Below are positions 7,746 to 16,847 of a DNA stretch of 64,000 bases, one piece after another. The notes under the pieces are model-generated. The model was not told where the DNA came from and searched no databases. It was given only the letters and a program-made list of their open reading frames with translations. Position numbers and translations under genes: made by a program. Source of the stretch: an uncultured Pseudomonadota bacterium (GTDB taxonomy: Bacteria; Oederibacteriota; Muellerivitia; Muellerivitales; Muellerivitaceae); NCBI GenBank assembly GCA_963843375.1, contig CAWJKT010000011.1, positions 224,001 to 288,000 of the forward strand, given 5' to 3'. The stretch's first letter is position 1. Each line of letters begins with the position of its first letter.

Positions 7746-9026
7746 TTAAGCTGGTTTGGAGGGTCTTAGAATATCCAAACCGCCCATATAAGGGCGCAAA
7801 ACTTCCGGGATAACTATGGACCCGTCGGCTTGTTGGTAATTTTCCAGGATGGCCAACCAAGTACGGCCCACCGCTAGGCCCGATCCATTCAGGGTATGGA
7901 CCAGTTCAGGCTTACCACCCCCCTCTTTCTTGACCTTAATGCCGCCCCGGCGGGCCTGAAAATCGGTACAGTTCGAACAGCTGGATATTTCCCGGAAAGT
8001 GCCTTGACTGGGTAGCCAAACTTCCAAATCATAAGTTTTTACTGAGGAAAAACTCTTGTCGCCGGTGGCTAAGACGACTACCCGGTAAGGAAGACCCAAT
8101 TTTTTGAGGATTTCTTCGGCATCGGAAGTCAAAGCTTCCAAGGCTTCCATACTTTTGTCCGGCTCCACATATTGAAACAACTCAACCTTGTTGAACTGGT
8201 GTAGGCGAATGAGACCTTTGGTGTCCTTGCCGTAGCTTCCGGCTTCCCGGCGGTAGCAGGGAGTGAATGCCATGTACTTCTTTGGAAGGGAACCAATGGG
8301 AAAGGTCTCCCCCCGGTGGAGATTGGCCAGGGATACTTCCGAAGTTGGGATCAGATAAAAGCCGTCCTTCTCAATGGCAAAGGCTTGCTCAATGAACTTA
8401 GGAAATTGGCCGGACATCTCCATGGACTGGTAATTGACCAAGTGGGGAACCACCATTTCCTGATAGCCCTTGGCTGTGTGATGATCCAGCATGAAATTAA
8501 CCAGCGCCCGTTCGAGTTTGGCGCCCATACCCCAAAGGCTGAAGAACCGCGCCCCGGATACTTTGGCGGCTTTCTCGAAATCCAGAATTCCTAATGCCAC
8601 ACCCAATTCGTCATGGGACTTGGGCTTGAAGTCAACCTTGTAGGGTTCGCCTACCCGTCGGATTTCTTGATTAGCTTCTTCGCCGCCGATAGGCACACTC
8701 TCGTGGGGAAGATTACAAACCTGGAGTTCGATCTCGTGGAAGTCTTTTTCCACTGCCGCAATTTCCCCGTCCATTTGCTTGATCTCGTCCGAGAGCTCCT
8801 TGAGCTTTGATTGAAATGGGGTAATGTCCTTTCCCTCTTTCCTCAACATGGCCATTTCCTCGGAAGCTTGATTCAATCGAGCTTTTCGTTTGTCAACGGA
8901 AATGGTTAGGTCGCGGCGTCGGCGCTCCAAATCCAAGTAAAGGGAAAGATCCACCTTGGATTTGCAATTTTCCAAGGATTTGCGGACTTCAGGTTCGTGT
9001 TCACGGACGTATTTCGGATCAAGCAT
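7746..9026 (-). CDS. serS: Seryl-tRNA synthetase
   Basis: MLDPKYVR, N-terminal coiled coil, YLIPTSEV, motif 2 CYRREAGSYGKDTKGLIRLHQFNKVE, EISSCSNCTDFQARR, HTLNGSGLAVGR. Confidence 0.98.
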   Translation of the reverse strand: MLDPKYVREHEPEVRKSLENCKSKVDLSLYLDLERRRRDLTISVDKRKARLNQASEEMAMLRKEGKDITPFQSKLKELSDEIKQMDGEIAAVEKDFHEIELQVCNLPHESVPIGGEEANQEIRRVGEPYKVDFKPKSHDELGVALGILDFEKAAKVSGARFFSLWGMGAKLERALVNFMLDHHTAKGYQEMVVPHLVNYQSMEMSGQFPKFIEQAFAIEKDGFYLIPTSEVSLANLHRGETFPIGSLPKKYMAFTPCYRREAGSYGKDTKGLIRLHQFNKVELFQYVEPDKSMEALEALTSDAEEILKKLGLPYRVVVLATGDKSFSSVKTYDLEVWLPSQGTFREISSCSNCTDFQARRGGIKVKKEGGGKPELVHTLNGSGLAVGRTWLAILENYQQADGSIVIPEVLRPYMGGLDILRPSKPA

Positions 9027-9105
9027 GGAATACCTCAATAAAATTTAACTACAGGAGGGAGCACAAACTAAACTTTTTTATAACTCGATATCTCGGTGGG
9101 CGATT

Positions 9106-9405
9106 TTAGAGCTTCTTAAGGACGGAGTCTACTTTGTCGATGGGGTTTTGGTTTTTGTCCTTGCGTTCGTCCAACTTAATGACGGTGTAAACCCGCTTGG
9201 CGCCTTTGGAAAAAGGGATTTTGTGCATGGCGACGGCCAGTTTTAAAAGCTGTTCGGTCTTTCCCGTTATAGTGGTACCCATGCCGTTGAGTTCGAAATG
9301 GACGCCCTTTTGTTTTTGAAGGTATTTAAAGATTTCGGCCACATAAGGGCTGACCGAGACCTTGCCCGTTCCCAGGGGTATTACACTGATTTCCATCATA
9401 GCCAT
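9106..9405 (-). CDS. MTH1187/YkoF thiamine-binding family protein
   Basis: EISVIPLGTG..SVSPYVA, MGTTITG and RVYTVIKLDERKDK; GAAGGAG RBS before ATG 9405. Confidence 0.88.
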   Translation of the reverse strand: MAMMEISVIPLGTGKVSVSPYVAEIFKYLQKQKGVHFELNGMGTTITGKTEQLLKLAVAMHKIPFSKGAKRVYTVIKLDERKDKNQNPIDKVDSVLKKL

Positions 9406-9672
9406 GATCGATCTCCTTCGTTTCATGAGAAACTTTGCAATATTTCAAAAGTATATCCAAAGAGAAAGGGATTTAATAGAAGGCTCAATAATCCTTTAAA
9501 AGGTTGTCCCTGGACTTAAAGAAGGAATATACTTTTACTCTCATTTCCTCTAAGAGCATCGGGCAAGTCCGATCAAGGTGATGAGGATTATGCGGTTTTC
9601 ATTTACCGAGGGTCCCAGGGCCTAAAGAAGTAAAAACCGCGCAAGGCATCATATCCCCGTTGGGAGGTCACA

Positions 9673-10401
9673 ATGCGAACCCTGAACCCGAAATGGATTT
9701 TTTCGGCGTTGATTTTATTGGCCATGCCTCTTTGGGCCGAGGAAAGGAATGGGGGTTTGCTAACCGACGACAATTTAAAAGTCACCCAAGAACAGAAAGA
9801 AATCAAAAAAGAGCAGGATGACTCGATGAAGTTGCTCATTGAGGGAAACAAACGGCACGTAAAGCACATGGTGCACGGCAATGTTCCGCGGATCATGATC
9901 GTCAGTTGCGCCGATGCCCATGTTCCCCCGGAGGCGGTGTTTAATACAAAACCCGGGGAACTTTACACGAACCGGGCTTGGGGTAATATCGTGGACCAAG
10001 CCCTCTTGGGAAGCTTGGAGTACGGTGCCGAACAGCTCAATTGCCGGTTGCTAGTGGTGATGGGGCACTCGGATTGCACCGCCTTAAGAGAGGCTATCGC
10101 AGAATATGAGCATCCCCGTCTCGAATGGCGTTCCCTCAATCAAAAGGCCCTTTACAAGCGATTGGAACCCGGAGTGGCTGAAATGGTTGAAGCTCAAACC
10201 CAAACCGAGGCCCAAACGGGGAAAAGATTGGAAGGACAGGATCTGCTGGATGCTGTCGTGAAGAACAATGTTTTGAATACGATGCATGATATCCGGGAGC
10301 AAAGCACGATCCTGTGGCACTTGGAACAATCGGATATGCTCAAGATCGTCGGCTGCATTTATCACAAGGATACCGGTGTCGTGGAGTGGATCAAGGAATA
10401 A
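9673..10401 (+). CDS. Secreted beta-class carbonic anhydrase family protein (divergent active site)
   Basis: Signal peptide; LIEGNKR, SCADAHVPPE, GSLEYG and VMGHSDC zinc ligands; GGAGG RBS. Confidence 0.85.
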   Translation: MRTLNPKWIFSALILLAMPLWAEERNGGLLTDDNLKVTQEQKEIKKEQDDSMKLLIEGNKRHVKHMVHGNVPRIMIVSCADAHVPPEAVFNTKPGELYTNRAWGNIVDQALLGSLEYGAEQLNCRLLVVMGHSDCTALREAIAEYEHPRLEWRSLNQKALYKRLEPGVAEMVEAQTQTEAQTGKRLEGQDLLDAVVKNNVLNTMHDIREQSTILWHLEQSDMLKIVGCIYHKDTGVVEWIKE

Positions 10402-10438
10402 CGGAAAGTTTAAATTTTTTGGGTTGAATTTTAAATCG

Positions 10439-10468
10439 ACCAAGGGCGGCCTTAGGGCCGCCCTTGGT
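10439..10468. terminator. GC-rich hairpin between the carbonic anhydrase gene and ald
   Basis: ACCAAGGGCGGCC-TTAG-GGCCGCCCTTGGT. Confidence 0.55.
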
Positions 10469-10485
10469 ATTTGAGGAGACTTTCG

Positions 10486-11586
10486 TTGATCATCGGCGTT
10501 CCAAAAGAAATTAAGGATAACGAGTATCGGGCAGGGATTGTTCCGGGCGGGGTGGAAGAACTAACGGCAGCCGGGCACTTGGTCCTCATTGAAAAAGGCG
10601 CCGGGCAGGGAAGCGGAATTTCCGACGGGGAATTCAAAGACGCAGGAGCTGAAATCTTGGTCGGCAAAGAGGAACTTTTCCGCCGGGCTCAGATGATCCT
10701 TAAAGTCAAGGAACCCCAGATCACCGAATATCCCCTGATTCGCCCCGGCCAAATTCTCTTCTGCTATTTTCATTTTGCCGCTTCCCAAACATTGACAAAG
10801 GCTATCCTCAAAACCAAATCCGTAGCCATCGCTTATGAGACGATCCGATTGGCTTCGGGGGAACATCCTTTGTTGACTCCCATGAGCGAGGTCGCGGGCA
10901 AAATGGCCATCCAGGAAGGGGCGAAGTACTTAGAACGTTCCATGGGTGGCAAGGGTATTTTATTAGGCGGGGTAGCGGGTGTGAGGCCAGCCAAGGTGGT
11001 AGTCCTTGGGGGAGGCGTGGTAGGCACCAACGCTGCCAAGACCGCGGCGGGACTTGGAGCCAGAGTAACGGTGGTGGATATTAATCCCGGCCGCTTAAGG
11101 TATTTGGAGGATATCCTTCCTAAAAACGTGATCACCCTTGTTTCCAACCGCCGAGTAATACGTGAGGAAGTGAAAGATGCGGACCTTCTGGTTGGGGCGA
11201 TTTACATTGAAGGGGCGAAAGCGCCCCGGTTGGTAACGGAAGAGATGGTGAAAGGAATGAAACCGGGTTCGGTTATCGTGGATGTGGCCATTGACCAGGG
11301 AGGTTGCGTGGAAACGGCAAAACCGACCACTCACAGCCAGCCGGTTTATACGAAACATGGAGTGGTTCATTATTGCGTTACCAATATCCCTGGCGCAGTG
11401 GGGATGACCTCCACTTACGCGCTCACCAATTCCACGCTTCCCTTTGTCCTGGAAATCGCAGGAAGGGGTTATCAACAGGCTGTCAAAAATAATCCCGCCA
11501 TTCAGCATGGCCTCAACCTGGATCATGGAAAAATAGTTCATCCGGCTGTGAAGCCGCCTTCAAAAAAGCTTTTAAGACGAGGTTAA
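10486..11586 (+). CDS. ald: Alanine dehydrogenase
   Basis: IIGVPKEIKDNEYR, LKVKEP, LLTPMSEVAG, GGGVVG, DVAIDQGGC; TTG start after a GAGGAG RBS. Confidence 0.97.
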   Translation: MIIGVPKEIKDNEYRAGIVPGGVEELTAAGHLVLIEKGAGQGSGISDGEFKDAGAEILVGKEELFRRAQMILKVKEPQITEYPLIRPGQILFCYFHFAASQTLTKAILKTKSVAIAYETIRLASGEHPLLTPMSEVAGKMAIQEGAKYLERSMGGKGILLGGVAGVRPAKVVVLGGGVVGTNAAKTAAGLGARVTVVDINPGRLRYLEDILPKNVITLVSNRRVIREEVKDADLLVGAIYIEGAKAPRLVTEEMVKGMKPGSVIVDVAIDQGGCVETAKPTTHSQPVYTKHGVVHYCVTNIPGAVGMTSTYALTNSTLPFVLEIAGRGYQQAVKNNPAIQHGLNLDHGKIVHPAVKPPSKKLLRRG

Positions 11587-11676
11587 ATTCTAAGTTTTAA
11601 CTAGAATCTCAAGGACATCCACTCAAAACTGCCTATCGTTTTTGCCAGCGTCAGCGTTACGATCATTCTTTTTTAT

Positions 11677-12342
11677 TTGGCCACCTTGGTTATGGCTTAC
11701 CTTCACCTATTGCCTGTGGGCCTTCATATGCTTTGGGGATGTTTTACCGCGCTTCTTATTATTTTCCTTCAGTGCCTTGTCTTTGGTTTTTTCATTAATA
11801 GCGGAAAATCTATCAAAAAGGTCGTGAAGGATAACGGTCTTAGTCCAGAATGGATCCAAAAGACAAAGGATTACAAAAACCGTTGTTACCCCATGCTAAT
11901 GCTGGCTCTATTAGTTTCCGTGACGGCGGCAATAGTGGGTGGGGGAGTGTCAGTGGGGGCGGTTCCGGTTTGGATCCATCAAGTTTTAGTTTGGGCCGCT
12001 TTGGGAATTAATATATATTCTCTTTCTATATCCTACCGGGTGGTTGTCGAGAATGTTAAAGCCATCCACAGGATTAATGAAGAAGTCCGCCTTTTAAAGA
12101 TAGACGGGTTGCCCATAGAGCCGGTTTTTGAACCGGAGGTGAAGTCGGGACCATTGCCTCCCCCTAATACGGCGGATGCGTCATCAAAATTTTATTTCTT
12201 AGCCATTACGATTTGGGTTCCGTATCTCTATATGAAATTTTCTTTAGGCAGCAGGACCTTTCCTTTTTGGCCCTTTTTGGCCTTAAGCGGTCTTTGCCTT
12301 TTGATGGCTTGGTGGGGTTCGCGTAAAAGGTTCCAGGCCTGA
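11677..12342 (+). CDS. Hypothetical multi-pass membrane protein (frame open upstream to ~11605; possible CTG start at 11629)
   Basis: About 5-6 hydrophobic segments; no family recognised. Confidence 0.7.
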   Translation: MATLVMAYLHLLPVGLHMLWGCFTALLIIFLQCLVFGFFINSGKSIKKVVKDNGLSPEWIQKTKDYKNRCYPMLMLALLVSVTAAIVGGGVSVGAVPVWIHQVLVWAALGINIYSLSISYRVVVENVKAIHRINEEVRLLKIDGLPIEPVFEPEVKSGPLPPPNTADASSKFYFLAITIWVPYLYMKFSLGSRTFPFWPFLALSGLCLLMAWWGSRKRFQA

Positions 12343-12487
12343 TTTAGAACAAGAAAATGCTTCTTATGTGGGGTAAATCGGCTAAAATGACGCCCTTGTC
12401 AAACCCGTCCTTTCTTCGTATCAAATCAGGCGGATGTTTCGTCCAAAGAAAGCCACGGCCTAATCGCAAACGAGGTCTGAAAGATTA

Positions 12488-13249
12488 ATGAAGCTTGTCC
12501 GAAACGCATCAATCCTCCCAGCCGTGATTCTATTGCTGGCCCTTTTTTTCAACTCGAATGTCCGTGCGGACAGCCCCAGCGATTACCTTCATACCCGAAC
12601 TTATTTTGGGGTCGTGCTCAACTCCGTGAGTGTTGATAATTCGGGTGAATTCAGCGGGTTAAATTATTCTCGCGTTGATAACCCGGCATATGAAGTCGAT
12701 CTGATGCCGGCGATCTCGCAGAGTTTTGGTTATGGCGTGCTTATAGGCCATCGGGAGGAGGCATGGGCGGGAGAACTTAGTTTTTGGCAGTCTAATCATA
12801 ACGCCACTTTCGGGCCCGGGTCGTTTGTTTCCCCTTCCGGTCAATCCACAACCTTCACTCAGCAATACCAAAGCACCGCCGTTTATTATTCGGTAAACAT
12901 CGACTTTAAAAGATATTTTTTTACCGAACAACAACTTCAACCGTTCCTTAACTTGGGGGTTAGCTTTCCCTGGATCGTGGTCAATAACGCGGCCATTGAT
13001 GGCTATGGGAATATCGGTAATTTAACTCTGGCGGGCCTTGGCTTTAACCTTGGAGTGGGTGCGGAATTTTATTTGACTCCCAACGTGTCCTTTGTGGGCG
13101 ATGTCTGCCAAAGATGGGCTAGCTTTGATGAGTTCAGGGGACTTCAAAGCGAATATAACCAAATAAACCAGTTTGGAAACGGGAACCCGACGAGTGATGA
13201 AGGAAGCGGATTGATTTTTGCCATAGGCACAACTTTAGGTTTCGAGTGA
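12488..13249 (+). CDS. Small outer-membrane beta-barrel protein (OmpA/OmpW-like), paralog 1
   Basis: Signal peptide; amphipathic strands NIDFKRYF, QPFLNLGVSF, GFNLGVGAEFYL; C-terminal TTLGFE. Confidence 0.8.
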   Translation: MKLVRNASILPAVILLLALFFNSNVRADSPSDYLHTRTYFGVVLNSVSVDNSGEFSGLNYSRVDNPAYEVDLMPAISQSFGYGVLIGHREEAWAGELSFWQSNHNATFGPGSFVSPSGQSTTFTQQYQSTAVYYSVNIDFKRYFFTEQQLQPFLNLGVSFPWIVVNNAAIDGYGNIGNLTLAGLGFNLGVGAEFYLTPNVSFVGDVCQRWASFDEFRGLQSEYNQINQFGNGNPTSDEGSGLIFAIGTTLGFE

Positions 13250-13289
13250 TTATTTAGCCCCTGGGGGCATTTTTTTGGGGAAGGGTTGA

Positions 13290-14321
13290 ATGAAAAAGTA
13301 TTTGGTTTTATTACTTCTTTTTGTGGCGGGATTTGGCGCCTTTTGCCTCAGCCTTTCCTGTTCGCCAAAAAACCCATCCTCCCCCAATAACTTTCAAACA
13401 CCCGTGGTTGGAATTTCGGGTATTAACCCCTCTCTTACCTTTACCCCGACATTCACCTTCACTCCGACTTTCACTTTTACGTCAACTTTCACCTTTACGC
13501 CTACCACAACGCCTTACATCACCTCCACAGTTGTTCCCTGGACAGGATTGAATGCTCCAACCGGCATAGCGGTGGACAGCCTTGGTTTTGTTTACGTCGC
13601 CGATACCGGAAACAATCGGGTTGGGAAATATAATTCCAACGGTGCCTTGGTGGCCAATTGGGGAAGCGGGGGAGTCAAGGGAAAGGTTGCTGTTACTGAT
13701 CCCGTGGGTGTGGCGGTGGATAATAATTTCAATCTTTATGTGGCTGGAAATTCCACTAATGCCGTCAGTAAATACACCAGCATCGGCGGTTATGTCACCC
13801 AATATACTTCTGCAAATAGTGTCGATTTTTCGAATCTCCAGGGCGTTGCGGTTGATCAAAGCGGTAATCTTTATATTAGTGATACAGGAAATCAAAGGTT
13901 GGTGGAATTGAGTTCTGGCGGAAGTCTTGTTACAACCTTTTCGACGGTTACCAGTAGTTCCGCACCTGTTTCCATTTTCGGCATTGCCTTGGACTCCACT
14001 GGGGATATTTTTGGGGCCGCCGGCAATAATACGGTGATCGAATATACCGGGGGAACTCCGGTTCTAACCATTCCAGGTTTCTTGAATCCCACAGGCGTTG
14101 CGGTTGATTCTGTCGGCGACGTTTGGGTTGCGGACACGGGCAATAAACAAATCGAAGAATTCGGCGCTGGAAATCTTCTCCAAGTGCCACTTGTGATTTT
14201 TAATGGCGGTGGTTTATTGCAAAGCCCCAAGGGAGTTGCCGTTTATTCCGTAAATAACGCCGTCAATAATATTTATGTGACGGATTCAGTGACCAACCAG
14301 GTTTATGGGTTCACGCCCTAA
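13290..14321 (+). CDS. NHL-repeat beta-propeller lipoprotein with TxT linker
   Basis: Lipobox LSLSC; TFTPTFTFTP repeats; repeated PxGVAVD..G.xYVADTGN. Confidence 0.88.
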   Translation: MKKYLVLLLLFVAGFGAFCLSLSCSPKNPSSPNNFQTPVVGISGINPSLTFTPTFTFTPTFTFTSTFTFTPTTTPYITSTVVPWTGLNAPTGIAVDSLGFVYVADTGNNRVGKYNSNGALVANWGSGGVKGKVAVTDPVGVAVDNNFNLYVAGNSTNAVSKYTSIGGYVTQYTSANSVDFSNLQGVAVDQSGNLYISDTGNQRLVELSSGGSLVTTFSTVTSSSAPVSIFGIALDSTGDIFGAAGNNTVIEYTGGTPVLTIPGFLNPTGVAVDSVGDVWVADTGNKQIEEFGAGNLLQVPLVIFNGGGLLQSPKGVAVYSVNNAVNNIYVTDSVTNQVYGFTP

Positions 14322-14377
14322 AGGGCTGTATTAAAGCTGATGAGGAATAAATTCCTTTTCAGCGGAGGAAAATCAGG

Positions 14378-15562
14378 ATGAAGAGCTTTTTAACCTTAAT
14401 GATTTTGATGGGAATAGCCATTCCTTGGGCTTGTTCCAAAAACAACAATCCGATCAGCCCGGTTCTAACGGCAACGCCTGTTCCGACTGCAACGAATTGG
14501 GCGAACTACACTGCCACGAATACCCCGACCTTCACCCCGACATTAACCGCAACTGCAACTAATATCACCGCCACCTTTACGCCATCCGCAACTATTACCA
14601 ACACTACAAATCCCAGCTTCACCTTTACCGTCACTTATACTTTTTCAGCCACCCCAAGCAACACCCCCACGCCTACCGGAACCCCCACGGTTTATAATGG
14701 CGCCAACAGCACAGATACCCCCGCTTATATCACAACGGGGCCTTCGGTTATCCAATATCCCAACGGCTTAGCCTCGGGTAGCAATGGAAATATCTATGTA
14801 GTTCAGGGGGATGGGACTTCAAACGGTAATGTCCAAATTTTGAACTCATCTTTGACTTCATTAGGTTCCATCAACAGTTATGGAGTTACCGATTTCGGAA
14901 ATCCTAGTGGGGTCGCAACCAATGCCGCAGGGACCACCATATATGTTGTTGATTCCGTCAATAACGCTGTTTACGAATTAACTTCCGGTGGAGCCACCGT
15001 TACTTCTTGGTCCAGTTATAATTCCACTTCATTTGCAAACCCGGAAGGGATCGCGATAGATAGCCTTGGAAACATTTATGTGGCCGATACTTACAATAAT
15101 GAGGTTGAAGAATTCACTTCATCAGGTACTCCCGAGACGGAATGGACTGGGGGTACAATGGCTTTTAGTAATCCCAGCGCCGTGGCCCTCGATGGAGCTA
15201 ATAATCTTTATGTTGCGGATTCAGCCAATCAATTGGTTCAAATATTGAACGGCGGCACTTGGACTAGTTGGTCAACAAATATCCCTGCTTTAAACTCACC
15301 GCCTGATGTTTATAGCGATGTATATGGCATAGCGGTGGCTGGGAGTGGAAGCAGCGCAAACATTTATGTAGCGGATTCCGGCTATGCCCTCGTGGAGGAA
15401 TACTCCTACGGCGGTTCGCTTGAAACGGCATGGAACGGGCAGAACAGCGATTTCATTAGTCCCGATGGAGTTATCATTCTGCCGGGTGGCAATATCCTCG
15501 TTACGGATTTCCAAGGTCCGGATCCTCCCGAAACGGGTTCATTGCAAGAATTTGGTCCCTGA
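14378..15562 (+). CDS. NHL-repeat beta-propeller lipoprotein with Thr/Pro linker
   Basis: Lipobox IPWAC; Thr-rich linker; FANPEGIAIDSLGNIYVADT repeats; GGAGG RBS. Confidence 0.88.
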   Translation: MKSFLTLMILMGIAIPWACSKNNNPISPVLTATPVPTATNWANYTATNTPTFTPTLTATATNITATFTPSATITNTTNPSFTFTVTYTFSATPSNTPTPTGTPTVYNGANSTDTPAYITTGPSVIQYPNGLASGSNGNIYVVQGDGTSNGNVQILNSSLTSLGSINSYGVTDFGNPSGVATNAAGTTIYVVDSVNNAVYELTSGGATVTSWSSYNSTSFANPEGIAIDSLGNIYVADTYNNEVEEFTSSGTPETEWTGGTMAFSNPSAVALDGANNLYVADSANQLVQILNGGTWTSWSTNIPALNSPPDVYSDVYGIAVAGSGSSANIYVADSGYALVEEYSYGGSLETAWNGQNSDFISPDGVIILPGGNILVTDFQGPDPPETGSLQEFGP

Positions 15563-15776
15563 TCTTTCATACCATTTCCTTATCATTTCTATTTCACAAA
15601 AGACCCAAATCGGGTCAAAATCCGAATTTTTCCTTGTCCATTTCGCATAAGATTTAACCGTTTTTAAAGTTTTCTTTCTTATTCCGAAAACCTTAGGTAA
15701 AATAAGCCTAATACCAGGGCAAATCACTAATTTGACCTGCTTCCGTCAAACTTCAGATCGGGGGATGGCGCAACGA

Positions 15777-16586
15777 ATGAAATTCCATAAAACCGCCTTT
15801 TTCGCAATGCTCTTTACATCCATTTTTTTAAGCGGGTTTATCTTTAAAGCTTTTGCCGGGGGCGATGAAGATTACGTGGGTGATTTTTTTGGCGCCAAAC
15901 CTAGCGATTTCATTAAATCCCGAAGCTATATAGGATTTGTAGGAACCTCCTCCACCATTGACCAATGGGGTGATTTCAATGGTACCAATGGTTTTACTTC
16001 AATCAATACCAGTGGGAGCTCGACCACCGATTCCGAAGTTGATTTTATACCTGCCATCACCCGTAATTATGGCTGGGGCGCCTTGGTGGGGCACCGGGAG
16101 GGGCCTTGGGCGGCGGAGGTAAGCTTTTGGAGGAACGACACCAACGGGTCCTATTATAGCGGGGGAGTCACCACGACCAATCCCGCCAGCCTGCAAGCCA
16201 TCAACATTGATTTTAAGCGTTACTTTTTAACCCAGTTGCCCACTCAACCCTTTGTCAGCCTTGGAGTCAGTTTCCCCTGGCTCTGGGTCCGTAATTTTTC
16301 ATACCTAGTAAATGAAAATACTTCTCCACCCACGCTTGTAAGTGTTAACGATGAAACCATTTCGGGTATTGGCTTGAACTTGGGTGCCGGGTTAGAAATT
16401 TACTTGGACAATAATTTTTCAATAATAGGCGGGGCTTACCAAAGATGGGGATCCTTTGACCAAATCAGCGGGGCCGCCAAAGTACCTTTCGATTCACTCA
16501 CTTTTGATGGTAACACCTCCAATGTTGGGGCCTTGGAAGGGGATGGTCTCAACCTTTACGTCGGCGCAACATTGGGATATGAGTAA
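15777..16586 (+). CDS. Small outer-membrane beta-barrel protein, paralog 2 of 12488-13249
   Basis: Shares PSD, EVD..PAI, GHRE..WA.E.SFW, NIDFKRYF, LGVSFPW, QRW.SFD and EG.GL...TLG(F/Y)E with paralog 1. Start could also be 15765. Confidence 0.8.
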   Translation: MKFHKTAFFAMLFTSIFLSGFIFKAFAGGDEDYVGDFFGAKPSDFIKSRSYIGFVGTSSTIDQWGDFNGTNGFTSINTSGSSTTDSEVDFIPAITRNYGWGALVGHREGPWAAEVSFWRNDTNGSYYSGGVTTTNPASLQAINIDFKRYFLTQLPTQPFVSLGVSFPWLWVRNFSYLVNENTSPPTLVSVNDETISGIGLNLGAGLEIYLDNNFSIIGGAYQRWGSFDQISGAAKVPFDSLTFDGNTSNVGALEGDGLNLYVGATLGYE

Positions 16587-16847
16587 TAGCCCTTTAGATT
16601 CTTTTGAAGAAAATCTTGGGTGAATCTATTTGATCTTTGGTAATCCGGGATTTTTATCCTTCCTAGTTCAGAATTCCGGCGTTTTATTTCATTTAAAACC
16701 TAATAACCAGAAACAACTTCTCCGAAATGTGGATAAAAGTCGTTATTTAATAAGCCTATAAAGAGGATTTTGAGTAGTTTGTGAAAAAAGCGTCTAAGTG
16801 GGGTAAAATTAGTCGTGGCTAGCAGTTAAAAATCATTGAGGCGAAAA

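Noticed and set aside
12445..12480. AAAGCCACGGCCTAA upstream of the first barrel, similar to part of the c-di-GMP-I motif
   Set aside because: The flanking conserved elements (GGCAAAC..GAAA..GGGACGC and the 3' strand) are absent.
13435..13505. Near-tandem DNA repeats suggesting a CRISPR or VNTR
   Set aside because: They are coding TFTP repeats without unique spacers. No CRISPR array or cas gene was seen anywhere in the window.
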